Positions 1 through 4,692 of a DNA stretch of 4,752 nt are shown piece by piece. The notes below the pieces were generated by a model that did no database searches, was not told the origin of the DNA, and saw only the letters and a program-made list of their open reading frames with translations. Both the position numbers and the translations under genes were made by a program. The DNA is taken from IMG/VR virus record IMGVR_UViG_2711768003_000013; one strand, 5' to 3'. Within the stretch, counting starts at the first letter, position 1. Each line of letters starts with the position of its first letter. This DNA comes from a virus (taxonomy: Duplodnaviria > Heunggongvirae > Uroviricota > Caudoviricetes).

Positions 1-79
1 GCTTTGAACTCTTTAGAGTAACGTTGGGTTTTTCTGCTCATTATTAGCTCCTTCTGATGCCATTCTATTTCAGGAAGGA

Positions 80-343
80 GTGTCCGTTAAACTCAGGCTA
101 CCTCAGGTTATTCGCTTCTGGGCATGGGCGGATCAACAAATGATAGACGGTAATGCAGATTGTAACGCTCGCGGCGTTACAAAAAGTGCAATAGATCGCA
201 TCACTTTTATGTCTGGTTTTGCTGATGCGTTAATTCAGGTTGGATGGCTGGTCGAAAATGACGGAGGGCTTTCTCTACCTAACTTTGAACGTCATAACGG
301 AAAAAGCTCTAAAAAAAACGGGCGGTTACAAACGAGCGAGTAA
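80..343 (+). CDS. N-terminal segment (frame a) of a phage replication initiator / replisome-organiser gene
   Basis: ORF track 87 aa. All three forward frames contain stops within 1-57, so the gene starts in this window. GTG at 80 sits directly after AGGAAGGAG (71-79), which is very short spacing; ATG at 140 is an alternative start. The frame ends at TAA 341-343, but protein-like coding continues in the -1 frame from 313. Confidence 0.55.
   Translation: MSVKLRLPQVIRFWAWADQQMIDGNADCNARGVTKSAIDRITFMSGFADALIQVGWLVENDGGLSLPNFERHNGKSSKKNGRLQTSE
161..181. repeat. Perfect inverted repeat TGTAACGC-tcgcg-GCGTTACA inside the replication gene (iteron/operator-like)
   Basis: 8-bp arms at 161-168 and 174-181 are exact reverse complements. 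They share the GTAACGC core with the palindrome at 371-389 and the half-site at 406-412. Confidence 0.6.
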
Positions 344-370
344 CAAAAATACGCGAACTGAAACGAAAAG

Positions 371-389
371 GTAACGCTGCCAGCGTTAC
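371..389. repeat. Perfect inverted repeat GTAACGCTG-c-CAGCGTTAC inside the replication gene (iteron/operator-like)
   Basis: 9-bp arms at 371-379 and 381-389 are exact reverse complements with a 1-nt spacer. It is preceded by an A-rich stretch (342-370). Confidence 0.6.
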
Positions 390-414
390 ACAAACGGATC
401 AAAAAGCGTTACCA

Positions 415-432
415 GAGGAAGAGGAAGAGGAA
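415..432 (+). repeat. (GAGGAA)x3 tandem hexanucleotide repeat encoding a poly-Glu stretch in frame b
   Basis: GAGGAA at 415-420, 421-426 and 427-432; translated as EEEEEE in the linker of the replication protein. Confidence 0.8.
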
Positions 433-512
433 GATCTAAATACTGATCTCCCCCTCGCCAAAAACGAGCGTCTAAAAAATTCGAGCCGGAGGCTATTGAG
501 CTGCCCGATTGG

Positions 513-782
513 TTGCCGGAAACACTCTGGCATGAGTGGGTCCGGTTCAGACAGGCATTGCGAAAACCGATTCGAACGGAGCAGGGCGCTAACGGGGCGA
601 TACGGGAACTGGAAAAATTCCGTCAGCAGGGTTTTACACCTGAGCAGGTGATTCGACACAGCATCGCCAATGAATACCAGGGCCTGTTCGCGCCGAAAGG
701 TGTTCGGCCTGAGACGTTGCTCCGACAGGTTAACACCGTCTCGTTGCCGGACAGTGCGATCCCGCCAGGCTTCAGGGGGTAA
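513..782 (+). CDS. C-terminal DnaT-like (primosomal protein I-like) domain segment of the replication gene; coding probably begins upstream near 477-480
   Basis: The frame is open from 447. The TTG at 513 used by the ORF track has no Shine-Dalgarno. The product ends ...NTVSLPDSAIPPGFRG, closely resembling the C-terminal end of E. coli DnaT (...SEPDSQIPPGFRG, recalled from memory). Stop TAA 780-782 lies 6 nt before the dnaC-like ATG, mirroring the chromosomal dnaT-dnaC arrangement. Confidence 0.6.
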   Translation: MPETLWHEWVRFRQALRKPIRTEQGANGAIRELEKFRQQGFTPEQVIRHSIANEYQGLFAPKGVRPETLLRQVNTVSLPDSAIPPGFRG

Positions 783-788
783 CGGACC

Positions 789-1221
789 ATGAAAAATATT
801 GCGACAGGCGGCGTTCTGGAACGCATCCGCCGACTGACCCCGCCACATGTAACCGCCCCATTCAGAACGGTAGCGGAGTGGCGCGAGTGGCAACTTGCTG
901 AAGGCCAGAAACGTAGCGAGGAGATCAACCGCCTGAATCGCCAGTTGCGGGTGGAAAAAATTCTGAATCGCTCAGGCATCCAGCCGTTGCACCGTAAATG
1001 CTCGTTTGCGAATTACCAGGTGCAGAACGACGGCCAGCGATACGCGTTAAGCCAGGCGAAATCCATCGCCGATGAACTGATGACCGGGTGTACAAATTTT
1101 GCGTTCAGCGGAAAACCTGGTACCGGGAAGAATCACTTAGCGGCAGCTATCGGGAATCGCCTGCTGAAAGACGGTCAGACAGTGATTGTGGTTACCGTGG
1201 CTGATGTTATGAGCGCCCTGC
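789..1221 (+). CDS. dnaC: DnaC-like replicative helicase loader (prophage paralogue), 5' part only; 3' part lost in the N run
   Basis: The first 144 codons resemble E. coli DnaC along their length: MKN... start, NRSGIQPLHRKCSFANYQV, Walker A FSGKPGTGKNHLAAAIGN, and VTVADVMSAL. A G-rich SD (GGGGG 774-778) precedes the ATG at 789. A full-length DnaC (about 245 aa) would end near 1525, inside the N block. Confidence 0.9.
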
Positions 1222-1693
1222 NNNNNNNNNNNNNNNNNNNNNNNNNNNNNNNNNNNNNNNNNNNNNNNNNNNNNNNNNNNNNNNNNNNNNNNNNNNNNNN
1301 NNNNNNNNNNNNNNNNNNNNNNNNNNNNNNNNNNNNNNNNNNNNNNNNNNNNNNNNNNNNNNNNNNNNNNNNNNNNNNNNNNNNNNNNNNNNNNNNNNNN
1401 NNNNNNNNNNNNNNNNNNNNNNNNNNNNNNNNNNNNNNNNNNNNNNNNNNNNNNNNNNNNNNNNNNNNNNNNNNNNNNNNNNNNNNNNNNNNNNNNNNNN
1501 NNNNNNNNNNNNNNNNNNNNNNNNNNNNNNNNNNNNNNNNNNNNNNNNNNNNNNNNNNNNNNNNNNNNNNNNNNNNNNNNNNNNNNNNNNNNNNNNNNNN
1601 NNNNNNNNNNNNNNNNNNNNNNNNNNNNNNNNNNNNNNNNNNNNNNNNNNNNNNNNNNNNNNNNNNNNNNNNNNNNNNNNNNNNNNNNNNNNN
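1222..1693. other. Run of 472 N (assembly gap or masked sequence)
   Basis: Uninterrupted n characters from 1222 to 1693. The length is not a multiple of 3, so the 447-aa ORF 789-2132 in the track is an artefact that joins two different genes. Confidence 0.99.
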
Positions 1694-1709
1694 AGTTTCA
1701 GGAGGATTT

Positions 1710-2132
1710 ATGGCGAAACCTTTTACTCCCGAACAGCGGGAAGAACTGAAGACGCGAATTGTGGAACTCGTGCATCAGGACGGTCGGGTCACGATTCGGC
1801 AGTTGTCAGATGAAACAGGTATCAGTCGTGCGTCTGTCGGTCGCTTATGCATAGAACTGGTCGCAAGTGGTGATGTATATAATTCTGGCTACGGCTTATT
1901 CCCGTCTGAACAGGCTCGCAAGGACTGGCAAAGCGCCCGCAAAAAACTCTCGAGAGTAAAGGTGAGGAAACCGGTTGTTGTTGATCCGGACCTTATCTGG
2001 TCATTACCTGACGGAGAAATACGCCGCTACGACAGGCGCCTGAATATAATCTGTCGCGAGTGCCGGAAGAGCGAAGCTATGCAGCGTGTACTGGCTTTCT
2101 ATCAGGGTAATTTTCAGGAGGCGATACTGTGA
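1710..2132 (+). CDS. Small helix-turn-helix (winged-helix-like) protein of unknown function, 140 aa
   Basis: ATG at 1710 is preceded by AGGAGGA (1700-1706); stop TGA 2130-2132. The segment GRVTIRQLSDETGISRASVGRLCIELV looks like an HTH, and there is a C-x2-C (CRECRK) near the C-terminus. The true start could lie inside the N run. Confidence 0.65.
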   Translation: MAKPFTPEQREELKTRIVELVHQDGRVTIRQLSDETGISRASVGRLCIELVASGDVYNSGYGLFPSEQARKDWQSARKKLSRVKVRKPVVVDPDLIWSLPDGEIRRYDRRLNIICRECRKSEAMQRVLAFYQGNFQEAIL

Positions 2133-2546
2133 ATGAAATTAGCTATCAGGCTTCAATTACCGCTGGCATTCGCATCAAAGGAGAGGAGCATGGAAATAAA
2201 ACCAGAAGATGAGTTAAGCAATATCGTTTTATTTCCGGTAAAAGAGGATGACCCTCGTAATCAGGTTAATTTTCTTTATGAGCCATCGGAAAGACCATAT
2301 TGCCATCACGCCTCTGTACGGGTTGACGAAAAAGAGCGTCAGGTCCGCTGTAAAATCTGCGGTGCGGTTGTGGAGCCGTTTGACTGGATGCTCTCTGTGG
2401 CAAAAAGAGAAACCAGACTGGCAGATGATGTAAGGCTATTGCGCCAGGAGGAACAGGAAAGGCGGAGAAATATAGAAAAGCTGATACAGATTGAGCGTAA
2501 CGCGAAAGCGCGGATACGCAGGGCGACAAAATCCAGAACTGAATAA
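2133..2546 (+). CDS. Small Cys/His zinc-ribbon-like protein with basic coiled-coil C-terminus, function unknown
   Basis: ATG at 2133 abuts the upstream stop (TGAATG) with CAGGAGG at 2115-2121. An in-frame ATG at 2190 with a strong AAGGAGAGGAG (2178-2188) is an alternative start giving 118 aa. Motif C-H-H-x13-C-x2-C (YCHHASVRVDEKERQVRCKICG), followed by a charged heptad-like tail (RLLRQEEQERRRNIEKLIQIERNAKARIRR). Confidence 0.6.
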   Translation: MKLAIRLQLPLAFASKERSMEIKPEDELSNIVLFPVKEDDPRNQVNFLYEPSERPYCHHASVRVDEKERQVRCKICGAVVEPFDWMLSVAKRETRLADDVRLLRQEEQERRRNIEKLIQIERNAKARIRRATKSRTE

Positions 2547-2574
2547 TTAAATTTAGCACTGTTAAAAATTTAAT
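2546..2574. promoter_or_regulatory. AT-only perfect inverted repeat (9-bp arms ATTAAATTT / AAATTTAAT, 11-bp spacer) immediately after the zinc-ribbon gene stop; candidate operator or weak terminator
   Basis: Arms at 2546-2554 and 2566-2574 are exact reverse complements. There is no G/C in the stem and no following T tract, so a protein-binding site is more likely than an intrinsic terminator. Confidence 0.3.
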
Positions 2575-2693
2575 CCTTAACCGGAGGGATTTCTGCACCC
2601 TCAAATCATCAGGAGACCACCCGAAAGGGCGGGGAGCAGTCACACATCTGTTTCCGATAGCCCCGTTCTAATGCTACACTCTTTGATATTTTT

Positions 2694-3380
2694 ATGACCC
2701 CAATAAACATATTTATGACAGTTGCTGATTTCAAACGGCCCAAATTGGAGCTCCCAAACGGGGCAAACAAACTACTACTGCACTCTTGCTGTGCTCCATG
2801 TTCCGGTGAGGTGATGGAGGCGCTTCAGGCCTCGGGAATCGACTACACCATCTTTTTCTACAACCCGAACATTCATCCTCAGAAAGAGTATTTAATTCGT
2901 AAGGATGAGAATATTCGCTTTGCTGAACAACACGGCGTGCCGTTTATTGATGCTGATTACGACACAGACAACTGGTTTGAACGAGCCAAAGGAATGGAAT
3001 GGGAGCCCGAACGAGGGATCCGTTGCACCATGTGTTTTGACATGCGTTTTGAGCGGACAGCGCTGTACGCCGCTGAAAATGGTTTCAGTGTGATCAGCAG
3101 TTCACTGGGCATTTCACGCTGGAAAAATATGCAGCAGGTTAACGACTGTGGGCGGCGAGCCGTCGCGCATTATCCGGGCATGGTGTACTGGGATTATAAC
3201 TGGCGCAAGCAGGGCGGCTCGTCCCGTATGATTGAAATCAGCAAGCGCGAAAAATTCTATCAGCAGGAATATTGTGGCTGTGTGTATTCTCTGCGCGATA
3301 CCAATCTACACCGCAAATCTCAGGGACGCCCTCTTATCAAAATTGGTCAACTCCACTACGGTAAAGAAGAGAAGGAGTGA
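2694..3380 (+). CDS. queH: QueH/DUF208-like protein (putative B12-independent epoxyqueuosine reductase homologue)
   Basis: 228-aa ORF with the motifs I associate with the QueH family: [11 protein letters not shown] near the N-terminus, C-x2-C (CTMCFD) mid-protein, and EYCGCVYS near the C-terminus. No good SD precedes either ATG 2694 or in-frame ATG 2715, so the start is uncertain. Confidence 0.7.
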   Translation: MTPINIFMTVADFKRPKLELPNGANKLLLHSCCAPCSGEVMEALQASGIDYTIFFYNPNIHPQKEYLIRKDENIRFAEQHGVPFIDADYDTDNWFERAKGMEWEPERGIRCTMCFDMRFERTALYAAENGFSVISSSLGISRWKNMQQVNDCGRRAVAHYPGMVYWDYNWRKQGGSSRMIEISKREKFYQQEYCGCVYSLRDTNLHRKSQGRPLIKIGQLHYGKEEKE

Positions 3381-3401
3381 TTTTATGGGGCACCTTTCTG
3401 A

Positions 3402-3431
3402 TTGATTTCATATTGGCGAGGTAAGTAGAAT
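3402..3431 (+). promoter_or_regulatory. Predicted sigma70 promoter of the hok mRNA (TTGATT, 18-nt spacer, TAGAAT)
   Basis: -35 TTGATT at 3402-3407 and -10 TAGAAT at 3426-3431; predicted start near 3438. This would give a leader of about 170 nt before the hok ATG, typical of hok family mRNAs. Confidence 0.4.
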
Positions 3432-3494
3432 GACTGCGGGTGCTTGAGGCTATCTGCTTCAGGCATGAACACCAAAAGGCAGATAGAGAAAAGC

Positions 3495-3559
3495 CCCAGT
3501 TAACATTACGCGTCCGGCAAGACGCTTAACATTAATCTGAGGCCAATTTCATGCTTTGC
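3495..3559 (-). ncRNA. Candidate sok-like antisense RNA (about 60-65 nt) complementary to the mok-like translation initiation region
   Basis: Predicted from the minus-strand promoter. The transcript would contain a composite hairpin (GUUAA-GCGUC-UUGCCG-GACGC-GUAAUG-UUAAC) followed by a U-rich stretch (GGGGCUUUUCUCU). Ends are approximate. Confidence 0.3.
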
Positions 3560-3763
3560 ACATGTAGGTTAGCCTCTTACATGCCGAAAGGCAAGGAGAA
3601 GCAGGCTATGAAGCAGCAAAAGGCGATGTTAATCGCCCTGATCGTCATCTGTTTAACCGTCATAGTGACGGCACTGGTAACGAGGAAAGACCTCTGTGAG
3701 GTACGAATCCGAACCGGCCAGACGGAGGTCGCTGTCTTCGTAGACTACGAATCCAGGAAGTAA
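3551..3763 (+). CDS. mok-like upstream reading frame (in-frame N-terminal extension of hok, 70 codons)
   Basis: ATG at 3551 with GAGG at 3538-3541 (9-nt spacing). The other two frames were checked and contain no ORF overlapping hok, so the only upstream ORF is this in-frame one. Its role as the translational coupler is inferred from the hok/sok paradigm. Confidence 0.35.
   Translation: MLCTCRLASYMPKGKEKQAMKQQKAMLIALIVICLTVIVTALVTRKDLCEVRIRTGQTEVAVFVDYESRK
3566..3594 (-). promoter_or_regulatory. Predicted promoter of a sok-like antisense RNA (minus strand: TTGCCT, 17-nt spacer, TAACCT)
   Basis: On the reverse complement, -35 TTGCCT corresponds to + coordinates 3589-3594 and -10 TAACCT to 3566-3571. 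The predicted start near 3559 points leftwards across the mok-like ATG (3551) and its SD (3538-3541). Confidence 0.35.
3608..3763 (+). CDS. hok: Hok/Gef-family type I toxin (51 aa small membrane peptide), HokD-like
   Basis: Translation MKQQKAMLIALIVICLTVIVTALVTRKDLCEVRIRTGQTEVAVFVDYESRK. As I recall E. coli HokD/RelF, it matches until the last seven residues. AAGGAGA at 3594-3600 lies 7 nt before the ATG; stop TAA 3761-3763. Confidence 0.9.
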   Translation: MKQQKAMLIALIVICLTVIVTALVTRKDLCEVRIRTGQTEVAVFVDYESRK

Positions 3764-3771
3764 GAGTGACC

Positions 3772-3799
3772 GGGCGGGGAGCTGATCCCATCCCCGCCC
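3772..3799 (+). other. GC-rich hairpin immediately downstream of the hok stop (9-bp perfect stem GGGCGGGGA / TCCCCGCCC, 10-nt loop)
   Basis: 3772-3780 and 3791-3799 are exact reverse complements. No T tract follows, so this is probably a structural element of the hok mRNA 3' region rather than a terminator. Confidence 0.5.
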
Positions 3800-3840
3800 A
3801 CCTCTGATGTGTCAGGCATCCTCAACGCACCCGCACTTAA

Positions 3841-3883
3841 CCCGCCCATCGCTGTGATCTCTCAGCGTTTCGGCGGGTTTTTT
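3841..3883 (+). terminator. Rho-independent terminator of the hok transcript
   Basis: Nested stem CCCGCC(3841-3846) / GGCGGG(3872-3877) enclosing CGCTG(3850-3854) / CAGCG(3863-3867), followed by T6 at 3878-3883. Confidence 0.6.
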
Positions 3884-3903
3884 GTTGTTTATTTCCGGTG
3901 AAT

Positions 3904-3931
3904 TTGATTCGCGCACCTTCGCAGATAGAAT
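3904..3931 (+). promoter_or_regulatory. Predicted sigma70 promoter for the downstream 95-codon ORF and DUF1367 gene (TTGATT, 16-nt spacer, TAGAAT)
   Basis: -35 TTGATT at 3904-3909 and -10 TAGAAT at 3926-3931, the same hexamers as the predicted hok promoter. It lies just downstream of the hok terminator and about 80 nt upstream of the ATG at 4013. Confidence 0.3.
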
Positions 3932-4012
3932 CGACTCACTTAAGTAGCGCGCAGGGAGAAGAGGGATGGACCCCGAACAGGGGAGAGCTATTTATCTGGA
4001 AGGATTCTGAAG

Positions 4013-4300
4013 ATGAAAATCGAAGAATTGCGTGAAATTTTTAGTGAAAATGGCCTCTATGCTGTGCGCGTTGAGAATGGAGCGATTGTCAGCCATTGCC
4101 GCATTAGATGTTTGCAATCTCAACAAAGGAAGAGCGGTGCTGTGTTATTTTATTTTTGTAATGGACTTCTGACGGACGGTTTTATTTTGCGTGAGGACGA
4201 ATTTGTCACATCATTACGGGTTTTGAAAGAGATTGGTTTTAAGGCTGGTTTTCTGCTTTTGCTGAAGAATAAACTCATCTACAATCTTGAGCAGGATTGA
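4013..4300 (+). CDS. Hypothetical small protein (95 aa), no family recognised; AT-rich accessory-type gene
   Basis: ATG at 4013 with GGAAGGA about 9 nt upstream; stop TGA 4298-4300. Visibly more AT-rich than neighbouring genes. The hydrophobic C-terminal stretch KAGFLLLLKNKLIY is noted. No motif that I can assign. Confidence 0.5.
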   Translation: MKIEELREIFSENGLYAVRVENGAIVSHCRIRCLQSQQRKSGAVLFYFCNGLLTDGFILREDEFVTSLRVLKEIGFKAGFLLLLKNKLIYNLEQD

Positions 4301-4338
4301 ACTCCTGCTGTGTAACACCGTGCCACCGGAGAAAGCCG

Positions 4339-4692
4339 ATGGCACATATACAACTGGTCAAACAAACCTCTTCCGGATTACTTCTCCCGGCGACGCCGGA
4401 GAGTTGCGATTTTCTGCATCAAATCAAAATAGGTGAGTGGATACACGCAGACTTTAAGCGTGTGTGTAACTACGCATTCCACAAGCGTTTTTTCAAACTC
4501 CTGCAACTGGGTTTCGATTACTGGACTCCGGTCGGTGGGGCGATCACGCCTCGCGAACGAAAACTGGTGTCCGGTTTCGTTGATTACCTGTGTGAATCAG
4601 TAGGCCGGGAACATACGCCAGCTCTGAGCGAAGCCGCAGAGCAATTGAGGTGTACTGGCAATAGCGGACACTACCATTTGTTCTTTTTTTAA
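4339..4692 (+). CDS. DUF1367 (YbcN-like) nin-region protein, possibly truncated at a T7 tract
   Basis: ATG at 4339 with GGAGA 8 nt upstream is preferred over the TTG at 4297 used by the ORF track. The N-terminus MAHIQLVKQTSSGLLLPATPE...FHKRFFKLLQLGFDYWTP matches my recollection of YbcN/DUF1367 proteins. The ORF stops at TAA 4690-4692 inside TTTTTTTAA, while the -1 frame is open from 4665 to the window end. Confidence 0.65.
   Translation: MAHIQLVKQTSSGLLLPATPESCDFLHQIKIGEWIHADFKRVCNYAFHKRFFKLLQLGFDYWTPVGGAITPRERKLVSGFVDYLCESVGREHTPALSEAAEQLRCTGNSGHYHLFFF

Larger units (their letters stand above)
80..782 (+). pseudogene. DnaT-domain replication/replisome-organiser gene, readable only as frame a (80 to ~316), frame b (~316 to ~477), frame c (~477 to 782); frameshifted gene or homopolymer miscalls
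   Basis: Frame b is open 313-651 and encodes a protein-like charged linker (KKRAVTNERVTKIRELKRKGNAASVTQTDQKALPEEEEEEDLNTDLPLAKNERLKN) with no start codon. Frame c is open 447-782, also with no credible start or RBS, and carries the DnaT-like C-terminal domain. The frame changes coincide with A8 (311-318) and A6 (474-479), both preceded by TCT. Confidence 0.5.

Noticed and set aside
399-893. Minus-strand ORF of 164 aa
   Set aside because: It lies entirely antisense to the DnaT-like and DnaC-like coding sequence, has no RBS, and its low-complexity product (ending SSSSSSS) is the mirror of the (GAGGAA)x3 repeat. It is a shadow ORF.
623-979. Minus-strand ORF of 118 aa
   Set aside because: Antisense to the DnaT-like C-terminal domain and the well-supported dnaC-like N-terminus; no independent support.
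789-2132. Single 447-aa ORF spanning the N run
   Set aside because: This is an artefact of translating through 472 N (not a multiple of 3, and true length unknown). It joins the dnaC-like 5' part to an unrelated downstream HTH gene that has its own RBS and ATG at 1710.
2248-2433. 61-aa + strand ORF inside the zinc-ribbon gene
   Set aside because: Fully embedded out-of-frame in a better-supported gene.
2266-2643. Minus-strand ORF of 125 aa
   Set aside because: Overlaps the + strand zinc-ribbon gene in antisense, has no RBS, and its product looks like a low-information shadow translation.
2660-2720. Promoter for the queH-like gene (TTGATA at 2683-2688 with downstream AT-rich hexamers)
   Set aside because: The candidate -10 elements would overlap or follow the ATG at 2694 and leave no leader. 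No consistent -35/-10 pair with sensible spacing was found, so no promoter is called.
2905-3093. 62-aa + strand ORF inside the queH-like gene
   Set aside because: Fully embedded out-of-frame in the queH-like ORF, whose motifs support the other frame.
3551-3763. Canonical out-of-frame mok ORF overlapping hok
   Set aside because: I looked for an upstream ORF in the two other frames, as I half-remember for plasmid R1 mok. Both frames are closed by stops (3609-3611 and 3697-3699, plus ATG-TAG at 3562-3567). Only the in-frame upstream ATG exists, so that is what is reported, at low confidence.
3772-3799. Terminator call for the GC hairpin right after the hok stop
   Set aside because: A strong stem but no U tract follows. 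The real intrinsic terminator is at 3841-3883, so this is treated as an mRNA structural element only.
4297-4692. TTG start at 4297 for the DUF1367 gene
   Set aside because: The ATG at 4339 has a GGAGA SD at proper spacing, and the family N-terminus I recall begins near MAH/MAK...QL. The TTG extension overlaps the stop of the upstream ORF and adds an implausible Cys-rich leader.
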